From NCBI RefSeq assembly GCF_963921235.1, contig NC_086097.1:83578001-83638000 (forward strand): a stretch of DNA of 60,000 bases, written 5' to 3'. The stretch is from Mobula hypostoma. Its lineage: Eukaryota. Of the stretch, positions 11,431 through 24,511 are shown in pieces (the stretch's first letter is position 1; the number at the start of each line of letters is the position of its first letter). The position numbers and the translations under genes were made by a program. A model generated the notes under the pieces. The model saw only the letters and a program-made list of their open reading frames with translations, was not told the DNA's origin and ran no database searches.

Positions 11431-12719
11431 AGCTTTCTTTCAACCTTAGCGGTATCATTTGGGAGGATTGCAGCTTGCAGCTAGCGGCAGCTGTATTCAT
11501 GAATTCCCATAGAAGAATACCAGCACATGGAATGCAATGGAATGATAATGGAGAAAGATTAAAGGATAGTAAATGCCTTGACAAGTTCTACAAATCAGAA
11601 GTAAAAGTGAAAGCAAGTTATTAAACTCTGTTTTTTATATTTGTAAAATGAGGATTTGATTTCAAGGAACGATAAGAAATTGTAGGATTTTGAAAGGCAA
11701 ATTGAAATTACTGAAATGAATCTCGGGGTAATATATGTACTTTGATAATAAATTTAATTTGAACTTTATGAGATTCAACTGAATTTTTATGCTAGTGAAT
11801 TGAAATTGGTGACGATTAATAATTGTTTTCATATATTCTGCATGATTTTTCAATATTAAAACTAAGCCTATTCCTTATTTAACGCCTAATTTTTGGTTGG
11901 AGTTTTTGTAATTTTATATAATTGACCGATCTGTATTAATATCCTACAGACTTGGTCTGGAAAAGAAGAAAGAAGATTTTTTTTCTTCCACGTTCAAATG
12001 CACAACAATTTAAATCATTCCACTTCACTGTAAAAAAAATAATTAATAAATCATCTTTTCAGGTAAATTTGTATATCAGTTCAAGTAAGCATAGGATCAG
12101 GTCACTTAGTCAATCATAACTAATATGCCAGTCAGTCCCACTTGCAAAATTCTGCAATATCCTTGTCCAATATAAATCAGCCTCAGTTCTGAATTTTTCA
12201 TTTGCCTCAAAGATTTTTTTGAAAGTAGTTCTAAGTTTGCTCAGCTCTTTCTTTTAAGAACTAGTACCTAGTGTTACCTTTGAACAGACTATTCCAAAAA
12301 GATGAAAAAGATGTATCTCTAATTTTAAGGCACCTCTAGAGGAAATGGGTCTCCTTACTGACCTGATCAAAACTTATTTTGATACCTCCTTGCCAGAGTA
12401 AATAAAAGGCTAAGTCAAATGATCTGTTAACATACTATGACCCATTGGCCTAAGTACCATTCTGTGGAATCTGTGCTGCTTCTAAACCCAAGTGTTAAAA
12501 GGGTACTCAACTGCAACAAAGCTTCTACTCCTGTATTCTCTTTTTAAACTATCCAGTATATCAGCTTTCTGTCAACTGAATATATCAGCCCCTAATTTTC
12601 TCTGCTGCTTCAAAGTTCATAGAGAATGGAAATTATTTTATCTTTCTTGAATTCAGAGAAATGATCTCACTCCTGCAGTGAGCTCCTCCAGTCACAGTTT
12701 TGCTGATGTAATGCAATCA

Positions 12720-13200
12720 CTTTCTCTAAAGAAACAGGAGTGGGCTATTTAGCCCTTCAAGCCTGTTCTGCTTTTCAGTATGGTTGTGGTTCATATTCAA
12801 ATTAAGTATTTCCTTCTTTCTTTCTATAAATGTTGATTCCCCTAGCTCCAAGACCCATATCTTAATTCCCTCTTGAATATACTTAACAATTTTGCTTCAA
12901 GTTGCTTGCTGTAGTAGAGAATTCCACAGGTTTGCCTCTCTGGTTGAAGAAATTTATCCATATCTCATTTCTGTTTGACATAACCCCTTATCCTTGTACA
13001 TTAACCACTGTTTCTGGACATCATTGCCATCAGGTGCACCCTTCCTGCATCTATTCTGTCTAATCATGTATGAACTTTGTAGGTATGTATAAGATTCCCT
13101 CTCATTCTTCTAAACTCTTAATGAATGGAGGCTTTATAAAGCCAACACTGAATTTCAGAGGGTAGTTCTGCCATCCCAGAAATTAATCCAACAAATATTT
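12720..13200 (-). mobile_element. Old CR1 LINE 3' end
   Basis: gaaacaggagtgggctatttagcccttcaagcctg...agaattccacagg...aagattccctctcattcttctaaactc is the reverse of the CR1 3' region seen elsewhere in the window. Confidence 0.65.
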
Positions 13201-14777
13201 GCTACAGGCTCATCATAACAAGAACACCCATATATTCTCACCTTTTCTTTGAAATGTACTGCCTCATAGGAGTGGTGAGCATAAAACTGTTTGATTGTCA
13301 TAAGACCCCAGCTTTTAGAAAAAGAACATCTCTGAGCCCTTTGAAAGTAGTTTTACCATTGACACTGATCCTTCATGTTCAATGTCACTACTCTAGCTGT
13401 ATCTCCCACATGTCAAGATGATAAAATAATTTTAACTGGTCTGGAAGTGTATATCTATGACAACTTTCACAAGTACAATGCCATTTGATACAGTGTCTGC
13501 TTGGTTGGCAGACCAGCAACCATCCTAAATATTAATTTCCTCTTCCAATAGCAAATAGTGACCGGAGTCTGTACCGTCTACAAAATTTACTGCATTTATG
13601 CTACCCTAACAGCACCCCTCAGGCGTGTGACATCAGTTATCTGTTTGGACAATGATAGGTACATGGAACTTCACCACCTGCAGGTACCCTGTCAATTTGC
13701 ATAAAATCCTGATTTTGCTATATTTTGCTAGTCCTTTGTCTTCAGTAGGTCCAAGTTCTGCCATGCCCTTCTTGGCAGTGTTGTGGAATTACTTCCACCA
13801 AGCAATAGCAGCCATGCAAAAAGTTGGTCTTCTAATAACCTCTTACAGGGTGATTGGAGGTGGGAAATAATCCTGGTTTTGCCAGCAGCACCCAGATTTT
13901 GAAAAATAAATGAAGAAGAGAAGTATAATTCAACAAGCTAGCTCACTGCCACCTTCAAAAAGACAGTTGGCATTTTCTATTTCTGTAAAATGATAATAAA
14001 TAATGCAGTACCGAATTGGAAAAGTGTGTTAGTAAGACTCAGGTGCCCAAGTCTTTTAAATCGAATTTCAATAATTTCACTTGTTTTTATATCTTGTTTT
14101 ACTGATTCTTCATTTTAATAACTTCAACTCCAAGAGGTGAATGTATGCTAAATATATATGTTTTTGTTTCATAAATCCTTCCTTGTAAAGGTTTAACCAT
14201 TGAGCTTCTAGCAATTCAGCCCAAGTTTTCTCTGTCCATGGCTGAAGATTCTTTTGGAGCTTTACTGAATTGATGCATTAGAGATTTCTAGAAACTAATT
14301 GAGAGGGGCAAATAACTGGGTGACTGCACAATTTATTAACTGAATATTTCCTAAAGGTATATGTTTGGTGATGAGCTTGAGAGTGGGTAAGGGAGAGCTG
14401 TACTCAATGGATATAATTTTATAGCTTTTGATATTATTTTACATTGCCTTTTAAATACATAAGAAGGATCCTGGACTTCCCTTTCACTAAAATTGATAAT
14501 GGATTATTTTCTATGTATTAACATTTCAAAAGACTATTAAACATTTTGAGCTCTTAAATAGAAAATGATATAAAATAAATAATATTTCTGACATGGATAT
14601 TTTATTAAGATGTAATTTTAATTATAGTTAGGAAAGAATGATTTAAACTCAGTGTCTTATATTTTGCTTTCTGGGAGAGTAAATAAGTGGTTGCATTTTG
14701 ACTGGAAGCACTGAAAATGCATGTACAATTTGTATTCCAAATGATCTTTTGTGTATGTTTTGTACACTGCACTCAGA

Positions 14778-15290
14778 TCATAGAGCACTGTAGCACAGAA
14801 ACAAGCCGTTTGGTTCATCTAGTCCATTCCAAGTTGTTAGTCTGCCTAGTCCTATCGATCTGCACCTGGGCTGTATTACCCTTCGCATCCTGTACTTATC
14901 CAAACTTCTTTTAAATATTGAAATTGAACACCCATCCACTACTTCCTCTGGCAGCTGGTTCCATACTCATACCACCCTTGGAGTAAAGGATTTCTTTGGG
15001 GTTCCCTTAAATATTTCACCTTTCATTCGGAAACTATAACCTCTAATGAAAAAAGTCTGCTTACATTTAACAGGAATTCTGCAGATGCTGGAAATTCAAG
15101 CAACATACATCAAAGTTGCTGGTGAACGCAGCAGGCCAAGCAGCATCTATAGGAAGAGGTGCAGTCGACGAAGTCCTGACGCAGGGTCTTGGCCTGAAAT
15201 GTCGACTGCACCTCTTCCTATAGATGCTGCTTGGCCTGCTGCGTTCACCAGCAACTTTGATGTATCTGCTTACATTTACCCTATTTATAT
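14778..15290 (-). mobile_element. CR1-type LINE 3' end interrupted by a foldback Penelope-derived insertion
   Basis: catagagcactgtagcacagaaacaagcc tail, ccacttcctctggcagctggttccatactc; resumes after 15278. Confidence 0.7.
15070..15264. mobile_element. Foldback Penelope pLTR mini-insertion with a hammerhead core in the loop
   Basis: Perfect 65-bp inverted repeat (15105-15169 / 15201-15265); perfect 14-bp flanking direct repeat tctgcttacattta (15056-15069 / 15265-15278); arms homologous to 3558-3660. Confidence 0.9.
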
Positions 15291-16084
15291 CTTGTGGGCA
15301 TTCACAGTAAATACAAAGAAATTTTTAAAGAACAATAAATATCAAAGATGATAAGCCCTTGAAAGTGAGTCCATAGGTAGTGGGTGTTGGGATGAGTGAA
15401 GTGGGGTGAAGTGACCATTCTCCTCCCTAGCCTGCCATAGCAGTCTGGGATGCATTTCATCAGGCCCTTGGGATTTATCCACTTTTATGCTTACTAAGAG
15501 AAACGATGTTGTAAAGTACTTCACAATTTCACCATCTCCATTGAAATCTCCACTCATAGTGTTTCCTACTTCATGAATTCAGATAAAAAATGTTCATTTA
15601 AGATTTAGCCCATATCTATATGGGTTTTACTTTTGGTTTCTCATGGGCTCCACCTTTTTCTGGGATCCCTCTTGCATTTAATGTGCTTCTAAATTATCTT
15701 GGGATTTATCTTATTCTTATCTGTCAGTGATAGTGTGTGTGTCCCTTCTTTGTCCTCCTATTTCTTTTCAAAATGTCCCTAGACCCTTTCTACTCCAGAA
15801 GAGCTTCTGACATTTTCAATGCTCTGCATCTATCACATGTTTGCTTTTAATTTCTTTTCAAACTTGCTCCCCTTACCCGTCACCATTGCGAGAATACTTG
15901 CGCGCTGAACTCTTACTGTTTCATTTTTTTTTAAAGATTCCCACTTGAAAGATAGTTACCTGCAAGTAGCTGCCCTAGTCAATTTTCCAGATTCTGTCTA
16001 ATGATTTTAAAATCAGTCTTCCTCAAGTTGTATTTTTAACCATGTTTTTGCTGTCGTCACAGAAGACATAAGCCTTAGTATGTC

Positions 16085-17212
16085 CTTGTGCAACTTGATT
16101 TCCACACCTGCAGACAGCAGTCAGTTCAGATTGACAACATGATCTCCCCCATAATCATCATCAGTACATGTGTACCACAAGGCTGTGTGTTTAACCCCTG
16201 CCTCTACTGGGACTCACGTACTCTCAGTCACTTCACGCCGCAGAAACCGGCATAAGCACCGGCCTGATGGACCACAAGGCTCGGGACAGTCTTTAACTTA
16301 ACTGCTCACTTTATAGGACTGTGGGGCTAAGCACAGTTCCAATGCCATATTTAAGTTTGCTGACAGCACCACTATTGTTGGCCAAGCAAAGGTGGTGACA
16401 CATCAGCATAGGAGGGAGATTGAAAGTCTAGCTGAGTGGTGCCACAACAGCAACCTCTCACTCAATGGCAACAAGTCCAATGAGCTGATGATTGACTGTA
16501 GGAGGAGGAAATCGGAGGTTCGTAAGCCAGTCTTTATCGGGGGATCAGAGGTGGAGAGGGTCAGCAACTTTAAATTCCTTGATGTTATCATTTCAGAGGA
16601 CCTGTCCTGGGTCCAGCACATAAGTGCCATTATAAAGAAAGCACAGCAGTGCCTCAACTTTCATAGAAGTTTACGAAGATTCAGTGTGACATCTAAAACT
16701 GTGACAAACTTCTATAGATGTACAGTGGTGAATATACTGACTGGCTGTATTATAGCATGGTATGAAAACACCAATGCCCTTGAATGGAAAAGCCTACAAA
16801 AAGTAGTGGATACAGCCCAGTCTGTCATGATTAAAGCCCTCCCCACCATTGAGCACATCTACATGGAGCGCTGTCTTACAAAAGCATCATACATCATCAA
16901 GGACCAGGCCATGCTCTCTTCTTGCTTCTGCTATCAGGAATGAGGTACAGGAGCCTCAGAACCCACATCACCAGGTTCAGGAACAGTTATTACCCCTCAA
17001 CCATCAGGCTCTTGAACAGAGGGGATAACTTCACCGCACTTCACTCATCCCAACACCCACTACCTATGGACTCACTTTCAAGGACTCATCATCTTTGATA
17101 TTTATTGCTTTTTAAAAATGTCTTTGTATTTACTGTGAATGCCCACAAAAAATTAATCTCAGGGTTGTATATAGTGACAAATATGCACTTCTATAATAAA
17201 TTTACTTTGAGC
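16085..17212 (+). mobile_element. Rex1/Babar-like LINE 3' fragment (RT C-terminus and tail)
   Basis: PQGCV, IFKFADSTTIVG, EIESLAEWCHNSNLSLN..K..ELMID.RR, VERVSNFKFLDVIISEDLSW, NFYRCTV..ILTGCIIAWY; tail ataataaatttactttg. Confidence 0.85.
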
Positions 17213-18611
17213 TCACTGTGATCTTTGAAAATATGACTAACTTTAAACAGCTATTAGGGCGTTTGGAAGCTTGACAGAGCATTAATATTCAGTGAAACTT
17301 TCCTAATGGGCTGATATAATTAGACCCTGATCATTGCCTGGAACGTGGAGAAAGCAGGAATGTAACTTGACTAACTCAGAATTAACGATAGTTTGATTTC
17401 TTTTACCTGCATTTCCGAATTGTATTAGAGCAAATGTTCTTGTTTCTAAATTACTCATTTCTCCATGTTCTTGTGTTTCCTTGAGCAACATTTATAATTG
17501 TTGGAAAATCTAAATACGCAACTGATTAGTTGCATGAATGAGCCAAATACACAAGTTTCTGTAGAACATCCTGTCAAGGAAAGGAAGTTGATTGGGCAAT
17601 GAAAATATGACCACTTCAGCTGAAATCTCTCCCATAGATTTTCCTCAAATTTCAGGTCATCTAAGAAATTGGTTATTTGGCTTTCTTATTGCTGGTTGGA
17701 AAGGTTTTCTTTGTAGGTCTATTGTCAGAATTATATTATGTCTTGATTAAACAGATGAAATAAAGATGTCTAGTTTTCTGTTTTTCCTCATTGTCAATCG
17801 CTGTTAATGAAAATCAGTTGACACTGGATGTAGGCAGTTTTTGTAGAGTGGTCTATGTGGGTTGTGTCTTATGTTTTAAATGCTTTTTAGTATACTCCAC
17901 AATCTTTAGCATTTATTGACAGATAACCTTGGGTCAAGACAATTTTCAGATATTAAGTTTCCTGAGCAAGTAGTAGGTACAGTAATTTGTAAGAATTAGG
18001 AAACCTGAATACAACTTAAGAAATGTATCAATGGGAAAAACATTGTTGTTCAGCAATCTTTCATTCATATGTAACTTTTAAATAGTTTTGACGACAGAGT
18101 TTATCATCAAATTTTTATCCCCAATTCCCTTGAAAGTAAATTCCAATCCTGTAAATAGTTTTTGGGCATGCCAAAGTTAATGCGATGACTATGGACTCTA
18201 AAGGTAAAACACGATCGTTTTGACAAAGGAATAATAAGATCTGTTATCTCAGGTACTCCTACATGAAATTCTGGACTCCTTTGGTGTGCAATCAAGTGTG
18301 AAGTATGGACTTATTTGGTATTTGAAGTTAATTCTGATTAGGGTTCATTAGTTACAACCGGTATGCTATGTTCCTGAATCTGAGGCAATATTTCTACATG
18401 CCCTATCAGATGGGAACTTTGATTTAGAATTTGTGCAATTTATTTGTGTACTGTAAAATAGTGCTGCTCAACAAATGGGATTGATTTTTCTGTGGTTGTG
18501 TAAAGCAGATGGATTTGCGCTGTACATAATTTCACTGAAATGACAGATACATCCCCAAGTAGTCCGTTTCATGTTGTGGTATTTTTGTAACTCCTGTTTT
18601 TTCCCTTGCAG

Positions 18612-18825
18612 TTCATTGCTTCGTTATGGTGGGAAACTTCCCATGCAGAGTGCTATGAGTGTCCGCTTCAACAGCAGTGGGACCCAGCTACTAGCACTGC
18701 GGCGTCGCCTGCCTCCAGTGTTATATGACATTCACTCACCACAGTCTGTATTTGAGTTCGATAACCAAGGCTATTTTAATTCTTGCACGATGAAGAGCTG
18801 TTGCTTTGCAGGAGACCGTGATCAA
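18612..18825 (+). CDS. DCAF5: DCAF5 coding exon (human exon 6 equivalent)
   Basis: ttgcag acceptor, CAA|gtaag donor; 214 bp; SLLRYGGKLPMQSAMSVRFNSSGTQLLALRRRLPPVLYDIHSPQSVFEFDNQGYFNSCTMKSCCFAGDRDQ; phase matches the preceding exon (AG+T = Ser). Confidence 0.97.
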
Positions 18826-20361
18826 GTAAGTGAAAACTATTTAAAAGAAATGATAAGTGTTTAGTGAATGATATTCTCTTCTGTTGGTGAACTGGAGTAA
18901 ATCGTGGTTAGCTCAACATTGCATGAAATTATTTGTTAAGTTGCTCAAATAAACTACATTGGCTATTACGTTCTTGTATAAATGCATGACATTTTGAAGA
19001 AAATTTCACTATCTTCAAAATCTGTTGAAGAGTTTTAGAGGTGTATGCATATTTATTGTATGTCTGTGTGTTTAATTTTCTTTTCAATGTTACCTTTAAA
19101 TGGGGTGAAAGTTCAGATACACTCGAGAGAGGTGAAGATGACTGTTTCCTTTATGTCAGGCATACTTGAGTATTCCAAGAATAAACTATGCTGTTGGTAT
19201 TCACTGAGGCAGTATGTTTGGTATGTCTGGTTAACTTGTTACATTTTTATCTCCCTCTAGTGAGAGTTTTATATATATGGATGAGCTAAAAAGCTTGATT
19301 GATTTAATTAAATTTAATTGTATAATTTTTAATGCGCTCCTTAATAAATTTGAGCTGTGAGCTAGACTTTTGCAAAAAATAATTAAAATGTGAATATAAC
19401 AATATGTCTGTTAAAAGCCTACAACAGAGTTATACTGCTGATTGAAAAATCACAGCATGTAAACCTCAGCAAGTGTATGGGGGCTCTGTTGACTGCTGAT
19501 TTGATGTGCTGGTAATAGTTCCTTTTTCTTTGTGTACCATCTTCTATTTTGCCAATATTACTTGTGGAATATGATCTGTTGTCAACAAAGATTGCTCTAA
19601 CTTTGTTCATAACAATGCTGTGCACTGTATAATGGGACCATTTTTGTTCCAATGCAGAATTTGCACACATTTGTTGGGAAATGATAAATGAGACCTGGAA
19701 ATTAGATTTCTCCCTTTGCTCATATACAAAACGGGTGTTGTCTAACAGTCATTTGGAAACCCCCTAAAACAGTGAAATTCAGAAAGTATGCTGGTTTTGT
19801 AAAAGGGATTGTAAGGCTGGGTTGCCCCATTTATAGCATTAATTTGTATGGTTCCCATTGGTAGTTGACCACAGAAATCTTGACTACCACCTGAGTTCCT
19901 AGAAATCGTGTCACAGCTGCAACAGTTTCTATGGTAGTGAGAACAAGTAGACTGGCAGTTGTGAAGAAGAGGGACAATGTGGAGGAAAGGGGTGGATGGG
20001 CATATTTCTGCTGGACTGTGCATCAACCACCCTAAACATCTGCTAAGATCTAGTCGCATGTAGCAAGTGGCTTAAAGCAAGGCAGGGGCCCATTATTCTT
20101 TTGATGTGGTTAATTTCTGAAGTCTTTACTAGGCACTGAAAATTCCACCAGTTGCATAACAGATACACTGTTGGAAACTGGGATGAACATATGCAGGTGG
20201 CAATACCTTGGTGTCCCAGTTTGGTCCTTTTATTCAAGTCTCTTGTGCAGTTTACTCCAGTTTGTTGAAAACTGAAAATGATGGTCAAAGTTAACACTTC
20301 CTGCAATTTCTGTTTGAGGGCAGAGATGAGTGCCGGGCATATTTGTCATTTTCACCTGCAC

Positions 20362-21305
20362 AAATTGATGACGGAATTGATGACTTTGTCACTAACTTTG
20401 CAGATGATATGAAGAAAGGTGGATGGACAGGTAGTGTTGAGGAAGTATGGAGTCTGCTGAAGGACTTAGGTTAGGAGAATGGGCAAAGAAATGGCAGATG
20501 GAATATGGTGTAGCGAAGTGTATGGTCATGTACTTTGGTAGAAGGAATGAAGACGTAGGCTATTTTCTAAGCAGAGGACAAATTCAGAAATCAGGGGTGC
20601 AAAGAGGGAGTCAGTGCAGGATTCAGTAAAGGTTAACTTGCAGGTAGAGTCAATGGGAAGGAAAGCAAATACAATTTTAAGAGGACTAGAATGTAAAAGC
20701 AAACATATAACGCTGAAGCTTTATAAAGCATTGGCCACACCACATTTGAAGTATTGTGAGCAGTTTTGGGCCCCTTATTTAATAAACGATGTGCTAGCAT
20801 TGGAGAGGGTCCAGAAGAGGTTCACGAGAATGATTCCAGGAATGAAAGTGTTACCGTGTGAGGAGCATTTGATGGCTCTTGGCCTGTACTCACAGGAGCT
20901 TAGAAGAATGAGAAGGGATCTCATTGAAATCTATTGAATATTGAATGGCCTAGATAGAGTGGATGAGGAGAGGATGTTTCCTATAGTCAGTGAGTCTAGG
21001 ATCAGAGCATGCAGCCTCCGAATACAAGGATGTCCCTTTAGAACAGAGATTAGGAGAGATCTCTTTAGCCAGAGGGTGGTGAATCTGTGGAATTTGTTGC
21101 TACAGATGGCTGTGGAGGTCAAGTCATTGGGTATATTTAAAGTGGAAGTTGATAGATTCTTGATTAGTAAGGGCATCAAAGGTGTGGGGAGAAGGTGCGA
21201 GAATGGTGTTGTGAGGGATAATAAATCAGCCATGATGAAATGGTGGAGCGGAATTGATGAGTCAAATGGCCTAGTCCTGATCCTATGTCTTATGGCCTTA
21301 TGGTC
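20362..21305 (+). mobile_element. CR1 LINE 3' fragment
   Basis: NFADD, WAKKWQMEY, LYKAL..PHLKYCEQFWAPY, LERVQKRFTRMIPGM, RRDLFSQRVVNLWNLL; tail tcttatggccttatggtc. Confidence 0.93.
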
Positions 21306-21885
21306 TAAAATGAAGCCACGCATCATTAACTATGCTGTGGTGAATCAATTCTGGTCTGATTACATAATGGCAAGTGTGCTATTGAAAATTATGAGTAACC
21401 TGAAATTGCTATCTGTGGCAGAATCTGTGAAATTAATATTGAAACTGCAGAAGTTTGTAATTCTACTCGATGTGCTCAAACTGTTACAAAATTTAAAACT
21501 GTGCTCTCAAGATCTCCTTGGGATCAGAATGGCTTGCTTCCACTCAATTCTCTGGATTCTGAGGTAGCTGATAAGATTGATGTAGGGTCCATGGACTCTG
21601 GCATAGGTAAACAAGAAATGTCAAACAGTGTGCATGAGTGTATTGGGAGATGGTGTTCTCCACCAGTGTTCAACTAGATCTCTATGCGGTGAGTGAATGG
21701 ACTCGAGGCATTAACAACCTTCTTTCAAGAATCACCAGATTCTGGAATGGTTCTAGAGGACTAGAAAATTGCAAATGTCACTCCACTCTGTAAGAAGGGA
21801 GGGAGGCAGAAGAATGGAAGTTATTGGCCAGTTAGCCTGACTTCAGTGGTTGGGAAGATGTTGGAGTCCAAAATACTAATGAAGT

Positions 21886-22158
21886 AATTTATTTATTTAG
21901 AGGTGCAGCTCTGATTAGGCCCTTCGAACCACATCACTCAGTAATCCCCAATTTAACCCTAGCTTAATCACAGTGCAATTTACAATGACCAGTTACCCAA
22001 CCGTTGGTATGTCTTTGGACTGGAAGGAAACTGGAGCACATGGAGGAAACCCACACAGTCATAGGGAGAATGTACAAAGTCATTACAGTCAGTGTTGGGA
22101 ATTGAATTCAGGTCACCTGTACTGTAAAGCGTTGTGCTAACCACTACGCTGCCATGCC
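21886..22158 (-). mobile_element. V-type SINE inserted in CR1
   Basis: Minus strand begins ggcatggcagcgtagtggttagc (A box), ttcaattcc (B-box-like), V-domain, (taaa)n tail; flanks atgaagt/atgaggt. Confidence 0.8.
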
Positions 22159-23172
22159 ATGAGGTTTCAGGGTACTTGGAAATGCATGATAAAATAGGTC
22201 AAAGCCAGCATGGTTTCCTTAAGGGGAAATCTTGCCTGACAAATCTGTTGGAATTCTTTGAGGAAATAACAGGAAGGATAGACATAGGAGACGGTGGCTG
22301 TTTATAACTTGGATTTTCAGAAGACCTTTGACAAGGTGCCTCACGTTAGGCTGCTTAACAAGATGAGAGCCCGTGGAAAGATTCTAGCATGGATAGAAGG
22401 TTGGTTGACCAGCAAGAGGCAAAGAGTCAGAAGAAAAAGGCCCTCTTCTGATTGGCTGCTGGTGACAAGTGGTGTTCCACAGGGTTCGGTATTGAGACCA
22501 CTTTGTTTCATGTTATATGTCATTGATTTGGATGATGTAATTAATGGCATCGTGGCCTAGTTTGCAGACGATACAAATATAGATGTCAGGTAATGTTGAT
22601 GAAGCAGGGAATCTGCAGGAAGGGCTGGGAGAATGAGAAAAGAAGTGGCAAATGGAATCTGGTGCAGGGAAGTGTATGGTCATGCACTTCGGTAGAAGGA
22701 ATAGAGGCGTAGACTATTTTCTAAATGGGGAGAGAATCCAAAAATCAGAGGTGCACAGGGAGTTGGGAGTCCTTGTGCAGGATTCCCTAAATGTTAACTT
22801 GCAGGTTGGGTTGGTGCTAAGGAAAGCAAATGCAATGTTGGCTTCATTTCAAGAGGACTAGAATATAAAAGCAAGTATGTAATGCTAAGGCCTTATATGA
22901 TATTGATCAGACCGCACTGGGAATAAAGAGAGCAGTTTTGGACCCCTTATCTAAGAAAAGATGTGCTGGTATTGGAGAGAGTCCAGAGACAATCCACAAG
23001 AATAATTCCAGAGTATGAAAGGGTTGACTTATGCGGAGCGTTTGTTGACTCTGAGCCTGTACTTGAAAGAGTTTAGTAGAATGCTGGTGGGGTATCTCAT
23101 TGAAACCTATCGAATATTGAAAGGCCTTGACAGACTGGATGTGGATGTTTCCCACAGTGGGTGAGTCTAGGA

Positions 23173-24186
23173 CAGGGTTTGGCAACCTTTTTGCCTCTGT
23201 GGGCCGGATTGCGTATTAATGAGTGGACGGTGGGCCAGATAAATGCCATTAAAAAAAATACTTGAAATATGGGAATTATCCATTTAAATACATCTAGTTA
23301 TGTTTTGCCTCAACTTAATGAATAACGCATGCTAGAAAATCATTTGTGCTTAACCAAGGATACCAATTAGTAATCAAAGAACTCAGTTTAGTTGCAATTT
23401 ATTTCAATCAAGTCATCTTTTGAGTCTATTAAAAGGATACAGAGAATCTTTAAACATAAAAGGTATGAACATGATGCATTGAATGGTGGTAAATTAAGTA
23501 TAATAAAAAAGAAAATGTTAATGCTAACAGTGGATAAAGCAATGTGGAACTTGATGTTGTTTGTTCTGAAACTAGCCTTCATTCGCTCAACTTCATCTTT
23601 CCTTGCTTGCCCAGTAAAATTGTTAAAATTTCCACTATGGCAGGTCTCATAATGTTGCCTGATATTTGCCACCTTCTTCACAGCAACATTTTCCAGGCAA
23701 ATGAGATAAACTGGTTTCCCAGCTTGCACGATGAAGAAGTAATCTAGTGTCCAAGTGTCTTGGAAATTTCGGCACTTTCCTGCATTTTGCATTCATTGCC
23801 ATTGGAATTTTTTTCTTCGATTTTTATTTCGAAACGTGAGTTATTCAACAAGTGTCATAGCACATGTAAATATCTGGATATTTAGCGTGGATTTCTTGTT
23901 AAAACACAGTGATGCTGTTTCTCCTTATAAATTTGAGCGATCCCATCTGAAAACCTGCGCGTGCACAGAGAGTATCTAATACATATTAATAAGGTAGCCT
24001 GCCTTCCCATTATTTGTATATACCAGTGTTTGGTTTGGAACAAAATGGAACCTGGGGCTAGTGTAACAAGACACTATGCATGTCCATCAGTGTCGTCGTG
24101 TGAAACACTCAGAATAAGAAAAAACCGCTGGTGGGCTGGATAAGCATAGTATCCCAATATTTGCTCGCAAAGGTTGCGTATCCCTG
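23173..24186 (-). mobile_element. Internally deleted hAT transposon (SPIN/Charlie/GTF2IRD2-like zinc-finger N-terminus)
   Basis: TIRs CAGGGTTTGGCAACCTTT / AAAGGTTGCGTATCCCTG; 8-bp TSD gtctagga/gtctcaga; ORF CRNFQDTWTLDYFF..GKPVYLICLENVAVKKVANIRQHYETCH. Confidence 0.88.
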
Positions 24187-24511
24187 GTCTCAGACTTGAG
24201 GGTACAGCCTCAGAATTGAAGAATGTCCAATCATAGTAGAGGTGAGATGGAATTTCTTTAGCCAGAGAGTGGTGAATCTATGGAATTCATTGCCGCAGAC
24301 AGCTGTGGAGACCAAGTCATTGGGTATTTTTAAAGCTGGGGTTAATAGGTTTTTGGTTAGTCAGAGTGTCAAAGGTTATGGGGAGAAGACAGGGGAATGG
24401 GGTTGAGAAGGATAATAAATCAGCCATGATGGAATGGCAAAGCAGACTCGATGGACTGAGCTGAGTGGCCTAATTCTGCTTGCTAAGTCTTATGGTTTTA
24501 TGGTATTCATA

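Larger units (their letters stand above)
21715..24503 (+). mobile_element. CR1 LINE fragment (RT domain to 3' tail) interrupted by a SINE and a hAT element
   Basis: SQHGFLKGKSCLTNLLEFFEE, LDFQKTFDKVPH, VTSGVPQGSVL, FADDT; continues after 24187 to a ttatgg tail. Confidence 0.92.

Noticed and set aside
18826..18864. ORF continuation VSENYLKEMISV* as a short DCAF5 isoform
   Set aside because: It begins at a strong gtaag donor; nothing in the sequence supports intron retention.
12720..21305. Oppositely oriented CR1 copies around the 18612 exon as drivers of circRNA formation
   Set aside because: The copies are from different, heavily diverged subfamilies; stable pairing cannot be supported by eye.
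20941..21567. 208-aa ORF as a host gene
   Set aside because: The first half is CR1 ORF2 C-terminus and the rest is chance read-through into the flank.
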